A stretch of DNA of 63,325 bases, the filler included, from Octopus bimaculoides (lineage: Eukaryota): the NCBI RefSeq assembly GCF_001194135.2. It is 5 parts of 5 records of this genome, joined end to end, with 100 filler letters (N's around TTAATTAATTAA, not from the genome) between each part and the next. Parts side by side here need not be neighbours in the genome. Positions count along the whole stretch, not along the records: positions 46,608 to 62,031 come from NC_068983.1; 4 more parts are not named here. One strand, written 5' to 3'. The position numbers were made by a program, and so were the translations under genes. A model generated the notes under the pieces. That model was not told the origin of the DNA. It saw nothing but the letters and a program-made list of their open reading frames with translations, and did not search any database. Below, piece by piece: positions 47,786 to 60,292 of the stretch. Positions within the stretch are counted from its first letter, which is position 1. Every line of letters begins with the position of its first letter.

Positions 47786-48970
47786 GAGAGAGAGAGAGTG
47801 AGAGAGAGAGAGAGAGTGAGTGAGTGAAAGAAACAGACATAGACTAAAAGAGAGGAACAATTACAGAGGATGAGGGAGGATATGTATGAGCGAGAGAAAC
47901 ACAGAATGAGTAAAAGACAGAGAGAAGAAAGAAAGAAACAGAGAGAAGAGAGAAAGAAAGAGAGAGAAAACAATTTTCTATAGGAGAAGTTGAAAGAGAG
48001 AGGGATAGAGAGAGACACTGATGTTTGATATTGCATGTATGTTCTATAGGTGAAGGTGAAAGAAAGCCGACACAAAGAGAAAGGAAAAGCGGAAGAGAAA
48101 GAGACACTGATGTTTGATACTAGATATGTGTGTGTGTGTGTGCGTGTGTGCGTGTGTGCGTGCATGTGTGCGTGCGAGCGTGCGTGCGGCGTTCAACAAT
48201 CGCCATTTATTTCAATCACTTTTGTGAAGAGATTCGTGTAACTTACCCTCATCTTTTCATTTAATCCCCATTTTCATTTTGGAAAATGTTTCCGAGAAAA
48301 ATGTTCTCACTCTCTACAAGAGGAGACGGGATAGATGTAGATGATCAGTATTCTACAGTGAAGCAAAGATGAGAACAGATAGCCAGAGTAAGATCTTTAG
48401 AGACCCTTGCACAACGACAGTAAAGAAATGAAAATGATCGAAGGAGAGCTACTGCACGTAGGGCCAATGAGTCACAAGAGGCACGGTTAAAACAGTTAGA
48501 ACAATTACGCCAACAAAATGCAATCCGCAGGAGCCAAGAGTCAAAAATGGAAAGAGAAGAACGTTTAAAGGATGCAAGACAAAGACAAGCTGCTAGAGTT
48601 GCCAATGAGACAATAGGTCAGCGAGAAATGAGACAAAGAAAAAGCCAGGAGTAAACAGTTGCTGCAAAACTTCGCCAATCCTCAGAGAAAAGCCTTAAGC
48701 GTCTTGAAGAATTTAGACTGAATAGATTGACAAAAGAGTTGCACCTTCAACACATGTGATACAATTTATCTCCCTTCACAAAGATGGTAAATTTTGTATT
48801 TTCGTTATTTTTGTTTTTTGTATTATGAATTCAGTATTGATTTCCCCATCTATCCCAATTGAAGAATAAATTGAATTTAGAGAAACAAATTTCTATACAA
48901 CATATTTTGCTTTTTTCTTCTAATATATAAGGAACAATTTCATTCCCAGGCAACGCGGTGCCTATGCTAG
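47602..48970 (+). mobile_element. Non-autonomous Helitron derivative with RepHel N-terminal remnant
   Basis: A|TC 5' start; 3' end CCCAGGCAACGCGGTGCCTATG-CTAG|T; internal R/E/Q-rich reading (RRATARRANESQEARLKQLEQLRQQNAIRRSQESKMEREERL) typical of Helitron N-termini; (CATA)n on both flanks. Confidence 0.7.
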
Positions 48971-49070
48971 TACATACATATGCACATACATGCATACATA
49001 CATGCATACATACATGCATACATACATGCATACATACATACATACATACATACATACATACATACATACA
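48971..49070. repeat. (CATA/CATG)n microsatellite (right flank of Helitron)
   Basis: Tetranucleotide array. Confidence 0.9.
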
Positions 49071-50014
49071 ACCATAAACGGAGACGGAAGGAAAGATATA
49101 GAGACAAGATCGTTCAAAATACTTCGCAAAAATTTAGTCTTTTGAAATACTGGAAGTAGCAGCCAATACATTTTTTATTTATGCCTGCCGGCTTGAGTAG
49201 AGAGTAGGTTAAATAACATAAGATAGTAGCACCTGTGGGAATTGCACGGTTATTTTGAAAACTGTATGATGAAACTATATTTTTTCATATTCTTGAGATG
49301 TAAAAATCCACATATTGAAGGAACAATCAGCCAATAAATAAATAAATAAATATATCTATTTATCTAACTATCTATCTAATCTATTCCTCTCTGTTTATCT
49401 CTCTATATAGCTATCTATCAGCAATCCTTCCATATTGGTACACGACGATATTCACTCACATTAACTTTCCTCATGCAACAGATAAAGAGGCTAGGTGAAA
49501 ATGGGGGTGAATGACGTCGTCTTCTCAAATCGACATTCTCTATACCAATACCGAAGGAACGCTCTATCTGTCCATCTATCTATGATATTCTCCTTACATT
49601 TCTCTTGGTGTGGGTGTCTGTTCCAAAAGCCACGGATAAACATTGAAACCAAATAACTCAAAGCAAAAATGAATTAGATAATTGCATGGTCTCAACCTAT
49701 AAGAATGCTACACATAAAAAGATAAAAGTGACAGACTCAACTATTTGCTACGACTATTTCACTTTGATTTACCTATGTGTTGATATATCTAGCCACCCGT
49801 CTTTCTATCTGTCTATCTTCTATCCGTCAGTTAATCTATTTATACACATAGATATATCGACAGATTGAAGTTGTATGATTGAAACGGTTGAACACTAAAA
49901 CCTGTAACAACTAAACTTTTATTCTTACCGTCTGTCACAATATTCTATTATACTACGTTTAAAAATCAAGTAACTACTTTCCATACCTGCGTTCTTTTCA
50001 GTCAACACTCACTT

Positions 50015-50022
50015 GCTCTCTC

Positions 50023-50098
<76 letters not shown>
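50015..50098. repeat. (TC)n microsatellite
   Basis: Dinucleotide run. Confidence 0.95.
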
Positions 50099-50103
<5 letters not shown>

Positions 50104-51849
50104 CACTCTTAATATAACTGCCCACCCCTCTCTCTCTCTCTGTCTGCACTACTTTAATCGATCTTCTGCTAAACATTGTGTTTCTAACACTCTTTCTGTA
50201 TATCCCACCCTTCAACTAACTTTTTAACTACTAATAACTATTACTTTCTTCCTAACGCAGGGCGTTAACACTTCTCTCTGCTTCTTTTTCTCTCGCTCTT
50301 CGCCTCTCCCTTCAACTAACCATGTCACAGCGTAACGCATTGGGATTTAGCATATTAATATTAAGATAGTAATATAAAAATAAACAGGACTATCACAACT
50401 GAAACCGCTTTCTTCAGCGTTTGACGATATACTTCACATTTGTTCATTATAGTTATAACATTTATTCATTATGTGATCGGAAATGCATAGCCTTTCTTTT
50501 AAAACACATTTCGGTCTCTTCAAGCCAGTCCTTTCCGATGACAATTTCTTCCAGTTTTTGAAAGAACATTCTACTACATATAAAGACATGTACATATTTG
50601 CATAAAGTAACGCAGAAGCGCACGTGCGCGCGTGCACCCTCACACGCACGCACACATAACGTATTAAGAGATGGCGAGATCTGGAGGAAAAAGTAACAAG
50701 ATAATGTAATGATTATCTCCAGTAAANNNNNNNNNNNNNNNNNNNNNNNNNNNNNNNNNNNNNNNNNNNNNNNNNNNNNNNNNNNNNNNNNNNNNNNNNN
50801 NNNNNNNNNNNNNNNNNNNNNNNNNNNNNNNNNNNNNNNNNNNNNNNNNNNNNNNNNNNNNNNNNNNNNNNNNNNNNNNNNNNNNNNNNNNNNNNNNNNN
50901 NNNNNNNNNNNNNNNNNNNNNNNNNNNNNNNNNNNNNNNNNNNNNNNNNNNNNNNNNNNNNNNNNNNNNNNNNNNNNNNNNNNNNNNNNNNNNNNNNNNN
51001 NNNNNNNNNNNNNNNNNNNNNNNNNNNNNNNNNNNNNNNNNNNNNNNNNNNNNNNNNNNNNNNNNNNNNNNNNNNNNNNNNNNNNNNNNNNNNNNNNNNN
51101 NNNNNNNNNNNNNNNNNNNNNNNNNNNNNNNNNNNNNNNNNNNNNNNNNNNNNNNNNNNNNNNNNNNNNNNNNNNNNNNNNNNNNNNNNNNNNNNNNNNN
51201 NNNNNNNNNNNNNNNNNNNNNNNNNNNNNNNNNNNNNNNNNNNNNNNNNNNNNNNNNNNNNNNNNNNNNNNNNNNNNNNNNNNNNNNNNNNNNNNNNNNN
51301 NNNNNNNNNNNNNNNNNNNNNNNNNNNNNNNNNNNNNNNNNNNNNNNNNNNNNNNNNNNNNNNNNNNNNNNNNNNNNNNNNNNNNNNNNNNNNNNNNNNN
51401 NNNNNNNNNNNNNNNNNNNNNNNNNNNNNNNNNNNNNNNNNNNNNGAGAGAGAGAGAGAGAGAGAGAGAATGAGAGAGAGAGATAGAGACAGGCAGAGAG
51501 AGGGAGGGAGAGAGAGAGAGAGAGAGAGAGCAAGTGAGTGTTGACTGAAAAGAACGCAGGTAGTAGAATGATTGTTGCAATAGTATTTATTCATAACTTT
51601 AGAGGAAATATATTCTACTCCATTTCCATCCATCGTTTTCCAGTTCTTGCCATTCAATACCTATTCCCATCTCTTCGGGCAGTCGTTTCAAATTTTTGAT
51701 ACATTCTCATTCAGTTTTAGGTCAAACTTCTGCTTCAAACCAATCGCTCAAAGTTATGAATATCAATTAATATAACATTTCATTACAGGTGCGTCTTCAT
51801 TTCAGTTAATTAAAGTTCAATTCAATTTAGGTTATCTTATTAATACCCT

Positions 51850-52103
51850 CTCGTTTTCACAATCCTGCAGCAATTCACAGCAGTCAGTCATTTCGCTTAC
51901 AGCGATAAATGCAACTCTATTTGTTTCCGTTAATTTTAAAAATTAAGAATTTAGTAAAATAACTTCGTCATTATTAACCTAATATATGGAAAGTAAATTA
52001 ACATGAAATTTTCATGAAAGGTTTTAATTTAGATAACTTTAAAGCAGGAAACTCGTATCATAAAACCAAGGGTGGTCACAGGTGTGTTGATATCAAAGGG
52101 GTT
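51850..52103. mobile_element. piggyBac-like MITE fragment
   Basis: Ends ...gatatcaaagggg|ttca (degenerate AAAGGG|TTAA); AT-rich body. Confidence 0.5.
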
Positions 52104-53512
52104 CATTGATATCGTTTCAATCCATTTCATATTAGTATCGAGTAACATTCTCTTCCAATTGTAATTGTACACTACATTTTCCAGTACAAGTGACAAACTT
52201 TGAAGTGTCTAATTATTCATATTTCAATAACTACAAACCACTTCTACCAATAAATATTGTATATCTCTCCAGTCAATACAATACAAAGCATTATCTATCA
52301 TTCAGTAGAGACAGTGGGAAAAGCATCAGCGTCTACTTGAATTTCGATCTAAATATCAAAATTTACTGGAGATAATCATTACATTATCTTGTTACTTTTT
52401 CCTCCAGATTTCGCCATCTCTTAATACGTTATGTGTGCGTGCGTGTGAGGGTGCACGCGCGCACGTGCGCTTCTGCGTTACTTTATGCAAATATGTACAT
52501 GTCTTTATATGTTCCTGTGTATATGAATGTGTACAGAATGTATATTCCGAAATGAAATTTCCTGATTATCTGAAAATACTGAGTTTATATTTTAACATAT
52601 ACATAGGGTCAACATATTAAATTCATAAAATAGTGAGTGAGATTGTTTGAAATCCACATGACCAAACCTACGGACATGATGCAATTATTCTAAGAAACCG
52701 GATATACAGTATTGTGTACAAATATGTGTGTGCGCGGTAGGGTACGTATGTATATATATATATAACATATACATATGTATGCATTATACGTATATATGAT
52801 GTGTATGTATATTTTATAGCTGACTTCTGAGTCCGAAACTTCGTGGGACGCGGTGAACCGCTGCGGTGTTACTCCATTGATTTCTGATCTAGTGAAATGA
52901 TCCCATCTTAATATTTTCAAAGACCTTTACCCTAAAGTCAGCATCCGTCTACACTAAATTCTCCTTCTTTCCAACCCCTCTCTTTTTCATTATTGTTAAC
53001 AACTTCAGAGAATTCCCCACTCCCAAATATTTGACCTCTTCCTTAACTTTTCTTATTTACTGACCCTTTTGTTTCTTCAAACATTTGTTTTTTTATTTGG
53101 TTTTTATTTGTTTGTCTGTTTGTTTTACTTTGTCCTTCAAGATTCAACACTCATTTCAAATTATATCTTCGGCGAGTTGGGATCCCTTAACGACAATGTA
53201 ACCTTCATATAATTAAGGTATCTACGACTTGATCAGTAGCTAGTTGAGCACCCTTTGTTGCATCAAAGGATTTGCTANNNNNNNNNNNNNNNNNNNNNNN
53301 NNNNNNNNNNNNNNNNNNNNNNNNNNNNNNNNNNNNNNNNNNNNNNNNNNNNNNNNNNNNNNNNNNNNNNNNNNNNNNNNNNNNNNNNNNNNNNNNNNNN
53401 NNNNNNNNNNNNNNNNNNNNNNNNNNNNNNNNNNNNNNNNNNNNNNNNNNNNNNNNNNNNNNNNNNNNNNNNNTTTACCTGTTCCTCTCCCTCAATTTGG
53501 AAGAATATATAT

Positions 53513-53560
<48 letters not shown>

Positions 53561-53804
53561 ACATACTTCAAAGTTTGAATAAGTTGAAAACCTTATAAAC
53601 TGTGATATTCGTCTTGAGAAATTATCTATCACAGATGTATTTTGTTAAAAGCGCAAGCAATTATCAGCACCAGCAATTATCTACGTCATCACTTCCAGCA
53701 ATCAAACATCAATTGCTATCTGATATAGTTAAATAATGATTGAATGGCCAATGATACCGCATTTAGCTGGCAGGCTGAACAAAAGTTCATTATTAGAGAC
53801 AGAA

Positions 53805-54010
53805 GAAGGCGGCAGGCTGGCAAAATCGTTAGCATGCTGTACAAAATGCTTTGCAGCATTTAGGTTTTCGGCTCAGAGTTCAAATTCTGCCGAAGTTGAT
53901 TTTGCCTTTTATACATACAACGTAGATGAAATACGTACCACTTATATTTTGAGGCTAATGTAACAGACTTACCCTTCACATATTATTGCTAGCCTTCTGT
54001 CAAAATATAA
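53805..54010 (+). mobile_element. SINE family B
   Basis: ggcggcaggctggcaaaatcgttagc head, gagttcaaattc. Confidence 0.75.
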
Positions 54011-54104
54011 AACTATTATTAGCGATGGAAGCAGTATTAGTTTAAATTAGTGATATGTATACAGACTTAAAGTGTGAATTTTGGCGACCTTCCATATATA
54101 CGTT

Positions 54105-54325
54105 GACGACCATATATATGTCATGCTTGATCGCTAAATCTACAGGCTTTTTTCTTACTCTCTCTGTTTATTTTCTCTTACTCCTTTCTGTTGAAGAGCG
54201 TTGGCTCGAAACTTTTCATTTTCCCAAGCGACTTTTCATTTTCCCGAGCGGCAAACTAAAACACCTGCTTGTTGTTCATACACCTGTCTCCGTCTTTTGA
54301 TTTTCTATAAATTTTAATTATATGC
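54105..54325 (+). mobile_element. Penelope-derived short element P-A with hammerhead-like core (3' part disrupted by a ~20-bp duplication)
   Basis: CCTTT-CTGTTGA-A-GAGC-GTTG-GCTC-GAAAC, then cttttcattttccc(a/g)agcg twice. Confidence 0.65.
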
Positions 54326-54854
54326 CCAAATATTCTCAAGTTTCACTGGTTCCACTCCACTGGTCTTCTTTGTAGTAACGTGCGTAATTTCACTAGGAGG
54401 GGGTCAGTTTAATTTCATTCCCCTCCTTTTGCAGCAGTCCTTTGAATTAATCAAGTTCCTTCTTCGATATTCCGCCAATGCCGCAAAATTATTTACTTTT
54501 TCATTTTCCTTGTTTACATTTTCCGAATCCTTTCTGGTCGACATTTGCTGGTTCGGTTTTTCAACGTACTGAGTCAACTCCTCCTCAGAAGAGTCGACAT
54601 CAGTCGAGCTTACACTTGTGCATAACATAATGAGCAAGAACTTCAATAATTCCCCCCTTAAACAAGGGGGAAAACGTTAACAAAATCTGCCACAAAGCAG
54701 AAAAACAAATATTATAAAAACACGATAACAAAAAAATTCAACAATATAATTCAATAGTAATTCAAAAGCAAGCATACACACCGGTAAAAATGAAGCAATC
54801 CAACACAAAGTGAGGGAAACGAATAACACGACGTCCAATTTGCGAATTGATTTT

Positions 54855-56225
54855 TTATTTATCATAACGGTAAAAACAAAGAGAGGACTGACAAAGGGAT
54901 CGGGGGTCGAATGAAATGGCAAGATTAATTAAAAGTTTTATTTTATGGTGACATATTATAAACGGATGATAATGATGGAGTGAGGGACGGATGTGAACCC
55001 ACAAACCACGTTCCACCACTGAACCCTTTGTAAGTCTTTTATGTTCTCCCTTAAGCAGGCACGGTCACTCTCAACATGCTTGCCACTTTCTTCCATTTTT
55101 TCTCTTATATACTGAATGACAAGCGTCTCCTCTCCAGCCTTATTTTCCAGTTAAGATAGAAAATAAAAAAGTTTACCAAACCAAGGCTGTCACTAATCCT
55201 TTCATGGGTGTTCTTCACGCTACTTCTTTCACCACAGCCACAACAGAGAGAAAACAGACCTACCCCTCCCTGTTCAGCGAGGTTGGCGGAACAATATTTA
55301 TTATAGATTCGGAAGATAGTTGTACTCTTCCCAAACGTGACAGCAGTTACTCAACATAAACCCACATTTCCGAAATCTTCGGACACTGCACAATTGCGTG
55401 CAGAACAGTTTCACTGCTCTGCTCGCATCTTGGGTAAGTGGGTGAGCATGAAGAGCTGTGCCTGACGAGTTTATCTCGAACTAGTAAGGCTTCTTGGTAA
55501 CATTTCCGAGACAGGGACTTTTGGAAGTTATCCATAGGCCCTGGCCCACATGTTCTTCGGAATAGGCTGGCAAGTTGACCGTCATCGAAGCCCAGGGTTT
55601 CCCCCTAGAGCGTTGTCCACTTGGTTTCTACCAACACTCAATAGAATGACGAAGTGGAACCCTCGCCGCCGCTTTACTCGTCCGGAAGAGAAGCGCCAGT
55701 ACCTGACGACACTCAGCTTGCCACGCTCCCAACTTTGGTCTGCGCTTAATCCAAGGTTCCAGTTCACCGAAACCAGTGAACCGAAGAAGTAACAGTTTGA
55801 CGAGAGAACACTCGCTCACGATCCAGGTAGCACCAAAGATGTTTCAGCCTCAGCGCATCCATGCGCATCATTTGCCACGGCATCCCTAGCCCACCCTTTA
55901 GCGGTTGTTGACATCAAATAGAGTGCGTTACAAGAGGTCCTTTGCCCTTCCACAAAAAGCAGAAGAGCAAACATTCCAACTTGCTTAGCCACGAATCGAG
56001 GCAACTCACGATGTTTAGGCGGTAATTGATTACAGATGCGCAAATTGCGAATGCCAGAAACGCGGTTCAAGTTGATTTTTATACTTATAACGGCCACAAG
56101 ATGCACGTGTGTTTCGGTTTTCATGACAATTGTTTGCGACTGCCACCCATGGCATTCGACGCAGCTGCGTTTTGGCGTCTCGTTTCAAGGAAATTTAAAA
56201 GGTTACCTGCAATTTGGGTCTCAGC
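54855..56225 (-). mobile_element. L1/Tx1-clade LINE 3' part (ORF2 C-terminus, 3' UTR), decayed
   Basis: FLWKGKGPLV..SI*CQQPLKGGLGMP...ALRLKHL; ALLVRDKLVRH...PRCEQSSETVLHAIVQCP (zf-RVT-like); AATAAA/A-rich end near 54860. Confidence 0.85.
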
Positions 56226-56498
56226 CATAAACTAGCATGTCTTGGAATATTTACACTGACATCTCCGAAATAAATTTTCGGAATTTACCATATAAAAATA
56301 ACATTTGAAAAAAATCACATTTCTTTTGCAGTTCAGTGTATATGTTAAAATCTGATGTCTGTATTTTCAAATGTTCCTATAATTTCATTTTGAAATTTAC
56401 ATCATATACATATTCATGTACACAGGCACATGCACAAATACTCATACATAACAATTCGCATATAGAAACGTAAAAGTATATATATATACACATACGCT

Positions 56499-56537
<39 letters not shown>

Positions 56538-57009
56538 TCTCTCTTTATCCCCTTCATACACCTGCTCACAAACACAAGCCATCTAAAAGAACATGAAAAT
56601 CTGTACAATTCTTTTTTTTCATTTATTTGTAATCGAAATTGAAATAATTTTCAAAACACGATACTTTTAAGAGAATAAGGAACAAAATGTTAACCATTAA
56701 AACGGGAAAATAAAATCGAAATGAATGTTTACAAAAACATAAGAGTTACGAAAACATATCAGTTTTATTCATTTGAAAATTAAAATTGGATAAAATATAA
56801 ACATTAAGTGCACTTCTAGGATGAGCCCATTTGAATGTGTATAGCTTAGAGTATACTTAATTGATAAACTAGCGTGTAATCTATCACATGATGGGTATTA
56901 TTCGTGTATTTTATTAATATAGAAATATACTGCGGGTAATTTAATAGAAGTTAAATTATAATACTTGTCTGTATGTCATATTTCCAGATTTTACCGATGG
57001 TTGCAAAAG

Positions 57010-57358
57010 TGTATGGTTGGCTAAGGCGAAGTATTGTTTTCAGTCATGTTTGTTTGTTTTGTTTTTGTCCGTGGACAAGGTGTCTCAAGAACCGCAGGTT
57101 GGATTCGGATGAAACTTTCAGGTATATTTGGCCTCGTAACTGTCACGAACTGATTAGATTTTAGGATCTATCCGGTACCGGACAAGGATTCTGGATTATT
57201 TTTTCCTGTTTTTCAACTTAATTTTTGAGAGCGGTTGGGTTCATTTTTAGTATTCTCGTTTGAGCAGTTTAATTTATTTAAAAATCGTCTCTAGCTAATC
57301 GTTGAGAGGACGTTGATGTTGCTGTGGCGGAGATTTGCGTTCTCTGAATGTTCTTGTT
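57010..57358 (+). mobile_element. Helentron-associated/DINE-1-like non-autonomous element
   Basis: (GTTT)n subterminal microsatellite, GTCCGTGGACAAG..GATTCGGATGAAACTT core, 3' GGCGGAGATTTGCGTTCTCTGA end. Confidence 0.65.
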
Positions 57359-57642
57359 ATTATTGCAATCGTTGTGATTTGAAGGAGTTTGCTATAAATT
57401 CTTAAGTTAGTAAATAACCAAATAATTAATGCAAAATGCTCCGCTACCGAACCTGAAATATCGTCTAAGGAAAATATCAAAATAAATATGAAGAATCGCT
57501 GAGTGTTTTTCAGCTACAGCTGAGAATATCACTTACTCCTACTCTCACTTAATCTCTCTCCACCACTTACTCCTCCTGTTCTATTATACTTCTCTCTTTT
57601 TGCATGTTTAAACCTTTTTACTCATTGCCTACCACTACACCT

Positions 57643-58019
57643 GTGGAGGCGCAATGGCCCAGTGGTTAGGGCAGCGGACTCGCGGTCATAGGATCGCGGT
57701 TTCGATTCCCAGACCGGGCGTTGTGAGTGTTTATTGAGCGAAAACACCTAAAAGCTCCACGAGGCTCCGGCAGGGGATGGTGGCGAACCCTGGTTTACTA
57801 CAACTTTCTCTCACTCTTCCTGCTTCTGTTGTACCTGTATTTCAAAGGGTCAGCCTTGTCACACTGTGTCACAATGAATATCTCCGAGAACTACGTTAAG
57901 GGTACACGTGTCTGTGGAGTGCTCAGTCACTTGCACGTTAATTTCACGAGCAGGCTGTTCCGTTGATCGGATCAACTGGAACTCTCGACGTCGTAAGCGA
58001 CGGAGTGCCAACAACAACA
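57643..58019 (+). mobile_element. SINE family A, full length
   Basis: 12-bp TSD accactacacct (57631-57642 / 58020-58031), tRNA-like head, CAA tail. Confidence 0.92.
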
Positions 58020-59208
58020 ACCACTACACCTAGTATGTCAACTTCTCATACTTGATTAAATATCGCAAAACTAACTTAACTGGCAGGAACAATCGCGGGT
58101 AGGTCGTTTATATTTTTCAAATGTGAAGCAATGTGTCTCTGTGTAACATCAATAATCTTTATTAGAATGTACATGTGTGCTCTCTGTCTTTTACTCTCTT
58201 TCAATAGGATACCTTAAGCTATCTTTCTCCATTATTCTCTCAGTAGCGTGAAAAATAAGAGTTCATTCTTTCTAGGTTTCGTTCCAAATCTTATTTTCTA
58301 AATTTTCTTTGTCGACAATGTAAAGAATATGCGAAAATTTAGAAAATATTCTGCTGAAGAACGCTTGCGATTTCCAATAGTGACTATCACCTTCGTATGT
58401 ACTTTTGTTGCTGTTGTAGACGTTTTTGTTGCTGTTCTTGTTGTTGTTTTTGTTGCTGATTGTGTCTTGTCTTGTTGTTGCTGTTGTTTTGCTAAAATAA
58501 GACCTGATAGAACTGCCTTGTGGTCTTTAGGTAGTTGGCTGAAAGACGAGTTAGGACTCCTTACTATTCGATGCGAATTTGCTCTTCAATTATCCCAAAC
58601 ACTTTCGCATCGAGAACGTGTAACAATAAATGTTTAGTGAACTAAGGGAAGACATACAGGGCAATTGAACCATGAGAGGATACTAGGTAAAATATTTAAG
58701 TTCTGTATTGTACAAGTGGGATGAAGTTAAAATTGTCTGAAGTCAGGAGAGAGGATCTGAGTACGAGAGAGAGAGAGAGAGAGAGTGTGTGTGTGTGTGT
58801 GTGTGTGTTTGTATGAGCTGTNNNNNNNNNNNNNNNNNNNNNNNNNNNNNNNNNNNNNNNNNNNNNNNNNNNNNNNNNNNNNNNNNNNNNNNNNNNNNNN
58901 NNNNNNNNNNNNNNNNNNNNNNNNNNNNNNNNNNNNNNNNNNNNNNNNNNNNNNNNNNNNNNNNNNNNNNNNNNNNNNNNNNNNNNNNNNNNNNNNNNNN
59001 NNNNNNNNNNNNNNNNNNNNNNNNNNNNNNNNNNNNNNNNNNNNNNNNNNNNNNNNNNNNNNNNNNNNNNNNNNNNNNNNNNNNNNNNNNNNNNNNNNNN
59101 NNNNNNNNNNNNNNNNNNNNNNNNNNNNNNNNNNNNNNNNNNNNNNNNNNNNNNNNNNNNNNNNNNNNNNNNNNNNNNNNNNTCTCTCTCTCTCTCTCTC
59201 TCGCTCTC

Positions 59209-59435
59209 TCTGTCCTTCCCTGTACATCAGTCAAAAGGACGCGGAGCAGCTCCGAGACATTAGGCTCGGCGATGACACCCCGATCTCGCACCATTCGCTA
59301 CAACATCTGTCTGTGTTCGAACTGTCTTTGCACAGGGATCATCCGGACTCCCGCCTTCACCGTGAACAAGATTTAATCTTCTCTCTTCGTTCCTTTGCGT
59401 CACATGGGATCAACTCACCTCCTCTCTTCATCTGA
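59209..59435 (+). pseudogene. Penelope-like element GIY-YIG endonuclease relic
   Basis: LYISQ...DIRLGDDTPISHH...RLHREQDLIFSLRSFASHGIN matches the PLE endonuclease C-terminal pattern (YIG..H..DI....TPV..HF...R...E...I..L.S..P.GLN). Confidence 0.75.
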
Positions 59436-59479
59436 CATCAACCTCACCGCCTCTTTTCATTTGATACCAACCGCACGCC

Positions 59480-59985
59480 ACTGCACACACATTTGCACTG
59501 ACCACTTCTCAGCACCAATATTACACACCGTCATTCACACACCCACACACAATCTTCAACAACGTCACCTCATACTACTATATAAGCAGCCATACACAGT
59601 TTACCTCAGTACTCACACCATCACGCACACTCCCACACTAACACAAGCACATAACACCTGAACACAGACAATATATACTCTCACACCCACACTAGGATAT
59701 AATACCTGTATACAGACTATATATACATACACACTCAACACGCATTAACACACACAACATACATAGACAAAGCTAACTTTCGCCCATATATATATACACC
59801 ATACACATGCACACTGTTTGGTCACAGACACACGCACACATATGTGCACACACCACGTAAAATGGTAACAGACACAAACACACACACACACGTTACACAC
59901 GCACACACTCACACACGTCAGAATAACTCGCCCCTGTTCACACATACATACACACTCACACACATAATTCTCATATGCACAAATG
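59480..59985. repeat. Degenerate CA-rich low-complexity tract
   Basis: Interrupted (CA)n-like sequence. Confidence 0.75.
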
Positions 59986-60094
59986 CATGCGCACCTTCCC
60001 TTCTTTGGATCACTTGAACTTTATTATCTCCCTTTCATTCAACCTCTTTTTTATTATTCTCTCCCTTTCGTTCAACCTATTTTTCTTCCAATCT

Positions 60095-60292
60095 TTCGCC
60101 ATGTTCGACCGCTAAACTGTACAAGTGTTTTTCATTCTCTCATTGTTTATTTTGTCTTATTCCTTTCTGCCGAAGAACGTAGCTCGAAGCATAAAAGGCT
60201 TTTACATTTTTTCCCGAGCGTCAAACAAATACACTTGCTTGTTGTCCATACACTTGTCTTTGTCTTCTGTTTTTCTATAAATTTCAACTATA
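60095..60292 (+). mobile_element. Penelope-derived short element P-A with hammerhead-like core
   Basis: CCTTT-CTGCCGA-A-GAAC-GTA-GCTC-GAAG-CAT-A-AAAGG; stem I CCTTT/AAAGG is perfect; lies downstream of the GIY-YIG relic on the same strand. Confidence 0.65.

Noticed and set aside
48345-48605. 86-aa minus-strand ORF
   Set aside because: Antisense shadow of the plus-strand Helitron R/E-rich remnant
50405-50440. Minus-strand CTGAAGA motif
   Set aside because: Not followed by stem II-GAAA; not a hammerhead
58329-58641. Plus ORF (102 aa, V/C-rich) and minus candidate exon FTKHLLLHVLDAKVFGIIEEQIRIE*
   Set aside because: The plus ORF is driven by a degenerate (GTT)n tract; the minus peptide has a fair acceptor but no homology, and a stop there would not fit TMC structure
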